Source: Patescibacteria group bacterium (GTDB lineage Bacteria > Patescibacteriota > Patescibacteriia > UBA2591 > UBA6264). Taken from it: a stretch of 64,000 nt of DNA. The DNA lies in NCBI GenBank assembly GCA_028713575.1, contig JAQTOB010000003.1, positions 1,951-65,950 of the forward strand, written 5' to 3'. Below the pieces are notes generated by a model, which was not told the origin of the DNA, made no database searches, and worked only from the letters and a program-made list of their open reading frames with translations. This document shows, one piece after another, positions 17,684 to 27,503 of this stretch; the first letter of the stretch is position 1, and the number at the start of each line of letters is the position of its first letter. Position numbers and translations under genes: made by a program.

Positions 17684-19060
17684 TTAATAAGTTAGATTAA
17701 TTTTTTGAACACAATAATTAATCGCTTTATCAATTGTTTTTTCTCCGCTGAACACTTCGGCTACCATTTGCCTAAAAGATTCTTCAACTAAAGAATAATT
17801 TTTCCCCCTATACCAAGTCTGAGCCGTAAGCACTCCTTTAACAAAAGGCGCTAAGTCAAAATCTTCTAATTGTTTTTCAATCAGGGCTCGGTGGGCGGTT
17901 GGTTTTTTTGTCCTCTCAATGAAGGTTTGGGCATTTTGTGCTTGGGTGGCATAAAGAAGAAAAACCCAAGCCTCTTGAGGATGTTGGGTTTTTTTGGAAA
18001 TCGTTTCCAACCAGTAACGCGCATAATTGATTTCTTTGAGCGAAGCGCTAATTTGCGGAACCGGCGCAATATCAAAATTTAATTTTGGCGCCTGTTGTTT
18101 AATAAGGGACAAATAGTCAGAATAACCAAAAATGAAAGCCACTTTTCCCTGAATAAAAGATTCTAAAGAATTGGGCATTTGATCGTGCCAGGTATAAATT
18201 TCCTGATAAGGGTCGGCAAAGCTGGTATAAAATTTTAAAGCTTCTTTGCCGGGAAAATAATTCGGGTCATCAATTAATGGTTGATTAAAAATCGCTCCCC
18301 TTGTATAATCGGCCATGGCTGTTCCATTCTGCATCATTAATAAAGAAAGAATGTCTGTTAAATTTTCCACGTTTTTGGAAGAGCCCATAGCCGCGCCGGA
18401 ACGAAGGAAATCCCCTTGATTGTCTTGAATTGTTATGGTGTGAACATCGTTGACAAAATCTTGCCAATTTTTCGGCGCCTCAATAATGCCGGCGCTATTT
18501 AAAATGTCTTGGTTATAATAAAGACTTAGAATGTCTAAAGACAGGGGTAGACCATAAATTTTATCATCAATGACCAAGTCCTTGGAAATTGTTTCTACAA
18601 AAGTTTCTCTCAGGTCTCTTAAGCTGGGCGCTTTCTTTTTTTCTTCTATAATTTTTTGTTCCTTCTTTATTGTTCCTGTTGTTATTTGTCGGCCAATCGT
18701 TAGTTCGTCTAATAAACTTAAGGGTAAAATTTTAGTTTGATATTTTCCCAACCAGGTATTGGGGATGGCAAAAATGTCCGGCCCTTGGTCTTCCGCCCAG
18801 GCTTCCAAAAGGGCTTGCTCATATTCCTCTGGTCTTATTTGTTGATAAGTAATGGAAATGTGAGGATATAGCGCCCTAAAACTCTGTAAAATGGCGCTAA
18901 AAGCGTCTTGACCGTCTTGCGGCCGCCAATAAACCAAATTGATTGGTTTGATTTTCTCCGCCATCTCTTTTGACGTACATTTGCATCCCAATCCGGCAGT
19001 AATTAAAACAACTGAAATTAAAAACCCAATTAAAATTTTTGTTTTTAGCTGAAAAATCAT
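17684..19060 (-). CDS. ABC-transporter-type extracellular solute-binding lipoprotein (family 1, sugar-binding-like); no permease genes adjacent
   Basis: Lipobox LITAGLGC. About 458 aa with SBP_bac_1-like composition. Confidence 0.6.
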   Translation of the reverse strand: MIFQLKTKILIGFLISVVLITAGLGCKCTSKEMAEKIKPINLVYWRPQDGQDAFSAILQSFRALYPHISITYQQIRPEEYEQALLEAWAEDQGPDIFAIPNTWLGKYQTKILPLSLLDELTIGRQITTGTIKKEQKIIEEKKKAPSLRDLRETFVETISKDLVIDDKIYGLPLSLDILSLYYNQDILNSAGIIEAPKNWQDFVNDVHTITIQDNQGDFLRSGAAMGSSKNVENLTDILSLLMMQNGTAMADYTRGAIFNQPLIDDPNYFPGKEALKFYTSFADPYQEIYTWHDQMPNSLESFIQGKVAFIFGYSDYLSLIKQQAPKLNFDIAPVPQISASLKEINYARYWLETISKKTQHPQEAWVFLLYATQAQNAQTFIERTKKPTAHRALIEKQLEDFDLAPFVKGVLTAQTWYRGKNYSLVEESFRQMVAEVFSGEKTIDKAINYCVQKINLTY

Positions 19061-19261
19061 TTTTCTATTTTATTTTTTTATAAAATTCCGCAAACTTCTT
19101 TTAGCTTCTCTATTTTTTAAACTAAAAGCAATATTCACTCGTGAAAATCCTCTCTCCCCACTAAAGTATATCAATCTCTCTTAAATTTACAAGCACATAT
19201 CAACCAGGCCTTTATTAATATTTAGTTTAATGAATTTTTATGAAAAATCAAGCTCCCCTTT

Positions 19262-22141
19262 GTGTTTATTTTATTTTTTGATATAATATTTTCCATGATT
19301 AAAAAGAAGAAAAAAAACGCTTGGCGAGTTAAGCCCATTGGTAAAAAGAAAAAAGGGAACAAAATTATTAATTTTAAAAAATTATTGATTTTTGTTTTCC
19401 TTATTACCCTAATGGCTTCTATTTTGTTCTTTGCTTCGCTGGCTTGGCTTAGTAATAGTTTGCCCCATCCAGACAAACTTTTGCAAAGAAATATCGCTCA
19501 GAGCACCAAAATTTATGACCGAACGGGAAAAATTATTCTCTATGAAATATTTAATGAACAAAGAAGAACATTGGTTAAACTTTCAGATATTCCCGACCAT
19601 CTTATTAATGCCACTTTAGTAACTGAAGATAAAGATTTTTTTAAACATCCCGGATTTGATTTAAAAGCAATAATTCGTTCCGTCTTCATTGATATTTTAC
19701 GAGGAGGAAAAGCTCAAGGCGGATCAACTTTGACTCAACAGTTTATTAAAAACGCATTTTTAACCAAACAAAAAACATATCAAAGAAAAATAAAAGAATT
19801 GATTTTAGCTTATCAAATTGAAAAAAAGTATTCAAAAGAAGAAATTTTACAAATGTATTTTAATGAAATTCCTTATGGGTCAACTGCCTACGGAGCCGAA
19901 GCGGCCAGTCAATTATATTTTGGCAAATCTGTTCGCGACCTAACCTTAGATGAATCTTCTTTGTTGGCCGCCATGGTACAATCTCCCACCTATTATTCTC
20001 CGACCGGGGATCATCAAGATGAATTAATCCTTAGACGAAACAATATCCTTGGTGCCATGGTAGAAAATGGCTATCTTACTCGCGAAATGGCGGAAATGGC
20101 AAAACAAGCCGACACTTTAAAAAAAATAGTTTCTCGTCATGAAAACATTATTGCTCCGCACTTTATTATGTATGTAAAAGAACTCTTAACGGAAAAATAT
20201 GGCGAAAGACTGGTAGAACAGGGCGGCCTAAAAGTAATTACTACCATAGATGTCAATAAGCAAAAAACGGCAGAAGAAACAATTGATAAATTTGCGGAAA
20301 AAAATGAAAAAATTTTTAAAGCCACTAACGCGGCCCTGGTTAGTTTAGATGTGGCGACTGGCCAAGTTTTGGCCATGATTGGGTCAAAGGACTTTTTTAA
20401 TAAAGATATAGATGGACAAGTCAATATTGCCCTAAGACCAAGACAGCCCGGGTCTTCTTTTAAGCCGATTGTCTATGCTGCCGCTTTTGAAAAAGGTTTT
20501 ACGCCGGAAACGATTTTATTTGACGTGGAAACTAACTTTGGGTCAAGCAGTGACACAAATAAAAATTATATTCCGCAAAATTATAATGGAGAATTTTATG
20601 GACCAGTAAGCATGCGCCAATCCCTGGCCGGTTCTTTAAATATTCCGGGAGTAAAAACTCTTTATCTGGTTGGATTAAAACAAGCCCTTGATTTAGCGCA
20701 AAGAATGGGCTATACCACCTTAACCGATGAAAATCGTTATGGATTATCATTGGTTTTAGGGGGTGGCGAAGTTAAACTTTTAGAACATGTTTCCGCTTTT
20801 AGTATTTTCGCCCGGGAAGGTAAAAAACTTCCCATTACCACTATTTTAAAAGTGGAAAATAGCGAAGGGAAAATACTTGAAGAAAATGACGTTAACCTTT
20901 TATCTCATCAAGAAATTTTAAACCCACAAACCGCCCGTTTAATTAACAATATTTTGTCAGATAATCAAGCGCGAGCTTTTGTTTTTGGTCAAGAAAATTA
21001 TCTTACCTTGCCAGACCGTCCTTTGGCGGCCAAAACCGGGACCACTAATAATTTTCGCGATGCTTGGATTGTTGGATACACACCTGATTTAGTCACTGGC
21101 GTTTGGGTGGGGAACAGCCGCAATGAGACAATGGCCAATAAGGCCGATGGTTCACAAGTGGCCGCACCTATTTGGCGGGAATTTATGTCCCAAGTTCTAA
21201 GCCAAACACCAGTCAAAACGTTTACTCCGCCAGAACCGATTGAAACCAATAAGCCAATTCTAAAAGGAATACTGCCGGATGAAGTTGTTTTAGAGATTGA
21301 TAGAACATCCGGCAAATTAGCCACAGAAATGACCCCTGTCTCTCAAAAAATACAAAAAACCTTTAAGGGTTATTACCCTATCCTTTATTATGTCAACAAG
21401 GATAATCCACTAGGACCAATGCCGGAAAATCCTTCTCTTGACCCCCAATACGAACGCTGGCAAGAAGGGATTAAAAATTGGTTAAAAACTCAGCAAGGCA
21501 ATCTTGATATTCCGCCATCAGAATATGACGACATCCATGTTCCCGCTAATCAACCCTTGGTGGAAATACTCTTTCCATTCAATGACGCTGTTATAGATGA
21601 ACAATTATTTGAAGTAAAAATAGATGCTCAAGCGCCTCGCGGAATCGCCAAAATAATTTGTTACGTTGATAATATTCCTCTAGCCCTCGCGCCCATGTCT
21701 CCGGAGAAACAAACATCATACTATTGCTCCCTAAATATTTCCGGAATCAAGTCCGGAGAACATAATCTTGCTGTAACCGCTTCTGATGACGCGGAAAACA
21801 GTCAAACTAAAACTATAAAAATTAGAACTACTCAATTTTTTAAAGAAACCATATCCTGGCTAAATCCTCAAAACAATTGGACGATGTCACAAAATGATTT
21901 TCCTTTAAACCTTAAAATCCTCGCTCCGGCAAAAAAAATAAAAAAAATCAAATTTTTTTCCCGCAATCTGACCACTTTAAACGCTTCTTTAATCGGCACT
22001 GTTTTCTCGCCAGAAGCCAGTGGGCCGATTGAATTCTCTTGGTCCATGGTTGACCAGGGAGAACATGAAATCTGGGCCGAGTTAATTGATGAGGACAACC
22101 AAACTTTAGTCGGAGAAACGATTAAAATAAAAGTGGACTGA
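19262..22141 (+). CDS. class A penicillin-binding protein (transglycosylase + transpeptidase) with long C-terminal extension
   Basis: GT51 motifs (EDKDFFKHPG, RGGSTLTQQ). Transpeptidase SSFKP (SxxK) and KTGTT motifs. 959 aa. The true start is probably the internal Met at about 19295. Confidence 0.85.
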   Translation: MFILFFDIIFSMIKKKKKNAWRVKPIGKKKKGNKIINFKKLLIFVFLITLMASILFFASLAWLSNSLPHPDKLLQRNIAQSTKIYDRTGKIILYEIFNEQRRTLVKLSDIPDHLINATLVTEDKDFFKHPGFDLKAIIRSVFIDILRGGKAQGGSTLTQQFIKNAFLTKQKTYQRKIKELILAYQIEKKYSKEEILQMYFNEIPYGSTAYGAEAASQLYFGKSVRDLTLDESSLLAAMVQSPTYYSPTGDHQDELILRRNNILGAMVENGYLTREMAEMAKQADTLKKIVSRHENIIAPHFIMYVKELLTEKYGERLVEQGGLKVITTIDVNKQKTAEETIDKFAEKNEKIFKATNAALVSLDVATGQVLAMIGSKDFFNKDIDGQVNIALRPRQPGSSFKPIVYAAAFEKGFTPETILFDVETNFGSSSDTNKNYIPQNYNGEFYGPVSMRQSLAGSLNIPGVKTLYLVGLKQALDLAQRMGYTTLTDENRYGLSLVLGGGEVKLLEHVSAFSIFAREGKKLPITTILKVENSEGKILEENDVNLLSHQEILNPQTARLINNILSDNQARAFVFGQENYLTLPDRPLAAKTGTTNNFRDAWIVGYTPDLVTGVWVGNSRNETMANKADGSQVAAPIWREFMSQVLSQTPVKTFTPPEPIETNKPILKGILPDEVVLEIDRTSGKLATEMTPVSQKIQKTFKGYYPILYYVNKDNPLGPMPENPSLDPQYERWQEGIKNWLKTQQGNLDIPPSEYDDIHVPANQPLVEILFPFNDAVIDEQLFEVKIDAQAPRGIAKIICYVDNIPLALAPMSPEKQTSYYCSLNISGIKSGEHNLAVTASDDAENSQTKTIKIRTTQFFKETISWLNPQNNWTMSQNDFPLNLKILAPAKKIKKIKFFSRNLTTLNASLIGTVFSPEASGPIEFSWSMVDQGEHEIWAELIDEDNQTLVGETIKIKVD

Positions 22142-22350
22142 AGTTATCCCCAGTTATTTGATTGACAAAAAAAAGAAAATAAATAAAATAATTTTATTAT
22201 CAATTATCAGTATTAATTCATTTATTTAAAAATGAACTCGGCAATAAATTATTTTTCTCAAATTATCGCTTTGAATGTCTTGATTATTGGCCTTAAAAAG
22301 CCGGGTCTATTGTGTTTTAAAAAATAAAAACAAATAAAAATAAAAAAATA

Positions 22351-22379
22351 GACCCGGTAAATCGGGTCAATTTTTATTT
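22351..22379. terminator. hairpin GACCCG-GTAAAT-CGGGTC with T/A runs on both sides (bidirectional rho-independent terminator candidate)
   Basis: Seen directly in the sequence. Confidence 0.45.
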
Positions 22380-22410
22380 CTAATTTAGAAAATGAAATAA
22401 AGGAGGAAAA

Positions 22411-22536
22411 ATGGAAGAAAATCTTTATGATAAAATCCTGAAGAACCAATCTTCCCTACAGGGAGGACTGGAATGGGCCTTTCTTCATCTGGGAGACTTA
22501 CAAAGTTTTTACCAGGATGAAGAACTTCAGGACTAA
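22411..22536 (+). CDS. small ORF (41 aa) with strong AGGAGG Shine-Dalgarno sequence
   Basis: aaaggaggaaaaATG at optimal spacing. Followed by a perfect hairpin terminator. Not in the ORF track (short). Confidence 0.35.
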   Translation: MEENLYDKILKNQSSLQGGLEWAFLHLGDLQSFYQDEELQD

Positions 22537-22540
22537 AAAA

Positions 22541-22566
22541 GGCGGCCAATTGGCCGCCTTTAAACT
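22541..22566. terminator. perfect hairpin GGCGGCC-AATT-GGCCGCC, bidirectional terminator (T-run on the minus-strand side)
   Basis: Immediately after the stop of minus-strand gene 22576..23247 and the small plus-strand ORF. Confidence 0.55.
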
Positions 22567-22575
22567 TTGTCAAAC

Positions 22576-23247
22576 TCAATGTTTTTCTTTTTTATATTCA
22601 AAATAAGAATAAACAAAAAGATAAAGGGCTGCCGAAATTATCGGAAGAACAACAAACCAAACGGCATATTGCTTAAAAATTATCCCCCATAAAACGATAA
22701 ATCCCGCAAGCTTGAACAACTTTCCTCCCAATTTATGAGTCTTGTCCCAGACCCCTTCACTGCTTAATGTCCAGGGAGTTCTGATACCGATAAACCAATT
22801 TCTTTTGGCTTTTTCAATCAACCAACCAACAAAATAGAAAAGAAGACTAAGGGGAAAAATCATCATCCGCAAGAAATCAAATCTTATTTTTAGATTCCAA
22901 AAAATAGTTAGAATATAAAGGTAAAACAAAAACAGTACAATTAAAATAATAAAAAGGTCAAAGTATTTTCTAAATTTTATGATATTTTCCTTTAAGGGGT
23001 CTATTTGTGGAATTAGAAGAAAGAGCAGGGCTATAACTAAAGAAATTATCGGCATTAAGAACAATCCCCATGGCTTTGTAAGATAGCCGTCCACTTCTCC
23101 CCTGGCATTCCAGTGCGAGGCCATTTTCGCCGGCATTTGGGGGTAAAAATAAACACCAACAACGAAAAATAATATAATTATTAAAAAAATAATTGTTTTT
23201 GTTTTATTCATAAAAAATAATAATAAATAAACTAATAGTAAAACCAA
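22576..23247 (-). CDS. membrane protein (SdpI/DUF1648-like)
   Basis: Four hydrophobic helices. N-terminal MASHWNARGEVDG... Confidence 0.35.
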   Translation of the reverse strand: MVLLLVYLLLFFMNKTKTIIFLIIILFFVVGVYFYPQMPAKMASHWNARGEVDGYLTKPWGLFLMPIISLVIALLFLLIPQIDPLKENIIKFRKYFDLFIILIVLFLFYLYILTIFWNLKIRFDFLRMMIFPLSLLFYFVGWLIEKAKRNWFIGIRTPWTLSSEGVWDKTHKLGGKLFKLAGFIVLWGIIFKQYAVWFVVLPIISAALYLFVYSYFEYKKEKH

Positions 23248-23420
23248 TCAATTCGATTATTATGGTTTTGCGATTATTAATATCCTCTCATTAAAACCGC
23301 TTTTCTAGGACGGATTTACTCTTATTAAAACGATGAATAAAATAATGATGAGCTATAATTATAGGCGTTGCCAAAACACTAATTAAAAATAAAATTTTTA
23401 TGTTACAGATTTATGATAAA

Positions 23421-23888
23421 TTATTTTTTGACTAGCCAAGAACTGGACTGAATTTTTCCCCTTTTGCCTATGTTATAAATCATCTTAATTCCCAGCCGTT
23501 TACAAAGCTCAACTTCCGGCACTGGATCGCCGTCAGGCTTGCGGTCGCCGCCATTAGCAAAAATGTTTGGCCGCAATTTTTTTAACTCGCAACAAACGCT
23601 TTTATCTATGTCATCTGGTTTGTGTTTGGTTAAAATCACCCTGTCTACTAATCGCAATGCTTTTAAAATTTCTTTTCGCTCCGCCTGTGGCATAAAAACA
23701 TAGCCCTTCTTTTTCTTCAACCAATTATCATTATTTAAAATCACTACCAATTCATCGCCCAACATTTTTGCCTCGTTAATCATATCTATGTGCCCTATAT
23801 GCAAGGGGTCAAATCCTCCGCTTACCGCCACAATAATTTTTTTCTTTCGCTTGTTAATTTCCCTGTCCATATTCTTATCTATTATCAC
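23421..23888 (-). CDS. cytidylyltransferase-like nucleotidyltransferase (HxGH family)
   Basis: AVSGGFDPLHIGHIDMI (HxGH motif). Confidence 0.55.
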   Translation of the reverse strand: MIIDKNMDREINKRKKKIIVAVSGGFDPLHIGHIDMINEAKMLGDELVVILNNDNWLKKKKGYVFMPQAERKEILKALRLVDRVILTKHKPDDIDKSVCCELKKLRPNIFANGGDRKPDGDPVPEVELCKRLGIKMIYNIGKRGKIQSSSWLVKK

Positions 23889-24204
23889 CGTTTCCGAAAA
23901 GCCTGTTTCTTTTTTTCCGCGATATCAATTTTCTGATGTTGGCTAAAGCCAATTCATCTAAGGAAATATCCAATTCCGCGGACACCTGAGACACATACCA
24001 AAGGACGTCCCCCAGTTCTTTTTTTATTTCCCGCTTAGTTCTTTTGTCCACAATGCCGCCCTTTTCTCTTAAAACTTTTTTAATTTTTTCCGCCACTTCG
24101 CCGCTCTCACCCACTAACCCTAAAACAGGATAAATAAAATTTTTTCCTTTGTTTGGATAAACCGCTGTTTTTCTTGATTTTTTTTGATATTCATTAAAAT
24201 TCAT
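23875..24204 (-). CDS. MazG-like nucleotide pyrophosphohydrolase
   Basis: GLVGESGEVAE ... ELGDVLWYV are typical MazG EExxE/D motifs. Confidence 0.55.
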   Translation of the reverse strand: MNFNEYQKKSRKTAVYPNKGKNFIYPVLGLVGESGEVAEKIKKVLREKGGIVDKRTKREIKKELGDVLWYVSQVSAELDISLDELALANIRKLISRKKRNRLFGNGDNR

Positions 24205-24293
24205 AGCTTAAAATTAAATTTTATGATTTATGATAAGGCGCCCCCCATCGGTCCAGTGTCCCCATCAGTCCGAATAGATTCGCCCTAATCAAT

Positions 24294-25034
24294 TCACCCT
24301 ATAAACTTCTGAAATTTTTGGTAAAATCTCGGTTTAATTAGAACTGAAAGTCCCAAATGTCCGCCCTTTTTTAAAGACAAAATTTTACAGCCTGTCATCC
24401 GGGCAAATTTCTTTGTCGGGCCAGAAGAAACAATTTTATCATCATCAGTTACAATAATAAAAATTTTTTGGCCATTAATTCTATTAATAGCCGTCATGGG
24501 ATTGTAAAATTTACCTGATTTTAATTTTCCCCAGTCCTTTTGCTTAAAGCGATAACCATTTCTAAAGGCCATTGAAACAAATTTTCCCATCCAATCAAGC
24601 GGTTCTGTTTTCATTTTTACCCGCCAATCTATAACCGGAGAAAACGCCACCGCTCTGGTAATTCGCGCATCGGACGAACTCAGTAAAACAGCGGGACCGC
24701 CGAAACTTGAACCGACAAGAAAAATTTTACCCGGTTTTACTTTATAAATTTTTCCATCCCATAAATTTTTAAATCCCTTGGGTAATTCATCTATAATATC
24801 AAGGATATCTTGATGGGGGGAAATTTTAAGAAACGAACCGTCGCTTTCCCAGGTGCCGCGATATCTGGGATTAAAGACCCAAAAACCCTTTTGCGCAAGA
24901 AAAATCATCAATTCCTTTATTGCCGGATAAGAAGGCATACCTCCGCAAAGAATTATAACCCTTGATGATTTATGCTTTGACGGCAAAAATTCGCAAATGA
25001 TTTCTTTTTTAAACCGTGTACGAAAAAGATACAT
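24294..25034 (-). CDS. alpha/beta-fold hydrolase
   Basis: GSSFGG nucleophile elbow (GxSxG). Confidence 0.5.
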   Translation of the reverse strand: MYLFRTRFKKEIICEFLPSKHKSSRVIILCGGMPSYPAIKELMIFLAQKGFWVFNPRYRGTWESDGSFLKISPHQDILDIIDELPKGFKNLWDGKIYKVKPGKIFLVGSSFGGPAVLLSSSDARITRAVAFSPVIDWRVKMKTEPLDWMGKFVSMAFRNGYRFKQKDWGKLKSGKFYNPMTAINRINGQKIFIIVTDDDKIVSSGPTKKFARMTGCKILSLKKGGHLGLSVLIKPRFYQKFQKFIG

Positions 25035-25053
25035 ATTTCAAAAACATAAACAT

Positions 25054-25257
25054 CTATAAAAGATAACAAACGAGCAAACCGATAATAAAACCGATAATCA
25101 TCATTACGACCGTTTCGTGATTGTTGACGTCTTCCCATTGAAACCATTTTTCCAACGGGGATTTATCTTTATCAAGACGATGAATGAAACGGCGGTGAAG
25201 GACAATCAAGGGCACTGACAAAACGCCAATCAATAATAAAATGCTTTTAAGTCCCAT
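25054..25257 (-). CDS. small two-TM membrane protein (hypothetical)
   Basis: ORF with two hydrophobic segments. Confidence 0.25.
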   Translation of the reverse strand: MGLKSILLLIGVLSVPLIVLHRRFIHRLDKDKSPLEKWFQWEDVNNHETVVMMIIGFIIGLLVCYLL

Positions 25258-25281
25258 AAACTATATTTTATTCCCCCGTAT

Positions 25282-25992
25282 TTAAAACTTCAAATACTTT
25301 TCCCACTTTTCATATAAAGCCCCGGTGGCCCGCAAATCACCGACGTTATATCTGGCAATGTCTAAGAACCTTTTTTCTTTAAACAATTTTCCCACATCAT
25401 CGCCGGTTACGCCCTGCGCCTTGGGGCTAGTAATACCGAAAGCGCGACTCCAAAGATGAAGATTGCCTTTACGCTTAACTGCACCGTAAAAAGACAGTTG
25501 GTCAAGCAAATCAATATGTTTGGCTTCAAATTTTTGGCTATTTAAATAACGATTAGACATTAAGTCTTTGGTTGGTTTAACCCCGTGAATGGCCGAACGA
25601 ATCATTAGAAATGGCACGTCAAAAGACCGACCGTTAAAACTGATAAATTCCTGATATTCATTCGCTCCCTGCCAAAAGTTTTCCAACATCTTTTTTTCCG
25701 GCAAAGGACAAAAGCGAATATTATTTTCTTCTAATTCTTTTTCATTTGTTTTCGGCGATTGGTAATAAACCACACCTTTGTCCTTTTCGTAATCTAAAAC
25801 GCCAATAGCCACGATTTCGCCAGTTAAAGGAGAAAACCCCAAACCGTCTTTTAATTCTTTAAGGGCCTCGGCGTAATCCGATTCGTTGAGCGATTCTTTT
25901 TTAATCCAGCGAGTTAGACTTTCTTGAGTAATCGTATCAAGTTGTTCAAAGTCCTCGCCAATGGTTTCAATGTCAAAAATTAACTTAGCCAT
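25282..25992 (-). CDS. DEDD-type 3'-5' exonuclease (RNase H-like, YprB/PolB-exo-like)
   Basis: FDIETIG (Exo I), FNGRSFDVPFL (Exo II), YNVGDLRATGALY (Exo III). Confidence 0.55.
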   Translation of the reverse strand: MAKLIFDIETIGEDFEQLDTITQESLTRWIKKESLNESDYAEALKELKDGLGFSPLTGEIVAIGVLDYEKDKGVVYYQSPKTNEKELEENNIRFCPLPEKKMLENFWQGANEYQEFISFNGRSFDVPFLMIRSAIHGVKPTKDLMSNRYLNSQKFEAKHIDLLDQLSFYGAVKRKGNLHLWSRAFGITSPKAQGVTGDDVGKLFKEKRFLDIARYNVGDLRATGALYEKWEKYLKF

Positions 25993-26172
25993 AAATTTTT
26001 CTTATTTATTTTTTATTTTTTATTTGGAGTCTAACTCCCTAAACATCCCTTCTAAAATTCGCACCAATAAAAAGTTGTAAAGCAAAAATTTCAATTTGGT
26101 GCGATTTTGATTGATTTTCAATTTTCATTTAATTTTCTTTTAAAAAAACCGTATTCCCTAAAAAAACATCTC

Positions 26173-27021
26173 TTATTTCTCCACCACCAGCATTATTTTA
26201 TCTCCTTTTAAAACTTCTTGGGCTTTTTGGTCTTTGTCTAATTCGCAATTTTTCTCCGATTCAAGCGGCCAGTCGTGAATAGCGTTCAAAAGAATGTCTT
26301 CTTTATAAATGAAATCTTTTCCTTTTTTAGTGCCGGGGTCATTGGTAATAAATTCGTCGTCTTTATATCCTTTAACCACCAACATATGATAAGCTGGGCC
26401 TGGTGTTTTATAATAAGGATTCTTTAACAGCCGGCCAGCAGTGGGCAAAATTACCAAACTTCCTTTATTCAATTCCTTTCTAACATCATTTGTCTCTTCA
26501 ACTTGAGTAAAATATATTTTATCCATTTTAAAATATTCTTGCGCCAATTCTTTGACCCTTTTAATATTCAAATCATAATGTCCGCCCCAATTCTCTATCT
26601 GCCATTTAACTAAACTCTGGATTTCTTTTTCCGCTTGCTCCAGCGTCAAAAGGCGATTACTTCGCCAATATTCAGCCATAATTAAAGTCGCTTCCTCGCA
26701 GGCTTCATTGTGTAAATCGTCCCAAACGGCAAACGGGGCCTGAACAGTAAAAGGAACTTCTAAATCAACTTCTTCTTTTATTTCTTCTTTTATTTCTCCC
26801 GCTTGTTCCTCTTTGGTTATTTCCGGCTCAATGACGTTAAATTCATTAACAAGCGGCTCTGTTCGCGGGACCGGCTCTAATCCTTCTTCTGATAAAACAT
26901 TTGATGACGTCTTGGGCATAAAAATCCAAAAGTCAAAAACAAAAACCGTGGCCAAAACAACAAAACCAATAATTATTTTTTGTAAAACTTTTTTTCTTTT
27001 TAATCTTAAGTCCCTAATCAT
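26173..27021 (-). CDS. membrane-anchored C39-like (papain-fold) peptidase domain protein
   Basis: N-terminal TM. Weak similarity pattern to the Peptidase_C39_2/YvpB family. Confidence 0.35.
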   Translation of the reverse strand: MIRDLRLKRKKVLQKIIIGFVVLATVFVFDFWIFMPKTSSNVLSEEGLEPVPRTEPLVNEFNVIEPEITKEEQAGEIKEEIKEEVDLEVPFTVQAPFAVWDDLHNEACEEATLIMAEYWRSNRLLTLEQAEKEIQSLVKWQIENWGGHYDLNIKRVKELAQEYFKMDKIYFTQVEETNDVRKELNKGSLVILPTAGRLLKNPYYKTPGPAYHMLVVKGYKDDEFITNDPGTKKGKDFIYKEDILLNAIHDWPLESEKNCELDKDQKAQEVLKGDKIMLVVEK

Positions 27022-27032
27022 ATCAAAACTAT

Positions 27033-27503
27033 TTATTTAAATATCCAGAATTTCTGGATAATAAAACGAAAAAACAAAACAATGATCGCCGCCAAAGCTT
27101 TGCCTAAAAGGTCATAAATGTTCCCCGTTTCCACAAAAATATAAAGCAAAAACTGATAAAAAATCATACCCCCGACTCCGCCGATAATCCAAAATTTAAG
27201 ATATTGAGAAGCTACATTTTTCCCTTGATTTTTAAAAACCCAATTCTTATTAACAATAAAACTGGCTACAGCGCCGACGGACATTGAAACAAAATTAGCC
27301 CAAAGATAGTGAATTTGCCAAAATAAAAAAACTCTGGTCAAAAAAATATAAACGGCAAAATCAAGCAGGGTTAACAATCCACCGGAAATAATGAATTTAA
27401 CCAATTGCCTTAAATAAAGTTTTTGACCGATAATCGGAATTTTATAAAGAAGATTATCTGTCCAAAAAAATAATTCTTTTATCTTTAAAAATGGATTTTT
27501 CAT
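27033..27503 (-). CDS. GtrA-family membrane protein (polysaccharide synthesis associated)
   Basis: LVKFIISGGLLTLLDFAVY is the typical GtrA N-terminus. Four TM helices. Confidence 0.55.
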   Translation of the reverse strand: MKNPFLKIKELFFWTDNLLYKIPIIGQKLYLRQLVKFIISGGLLTLLDFAVYIFLTRVFLFWQIHYLWANFVSMSVGAVASFIVNKNWVFKNQGKNVASQYLKFWIIGGVGGMIFYQFLLYIFVETGNIYDLLGKALAAIIVLFFRFIIQKFWIFK

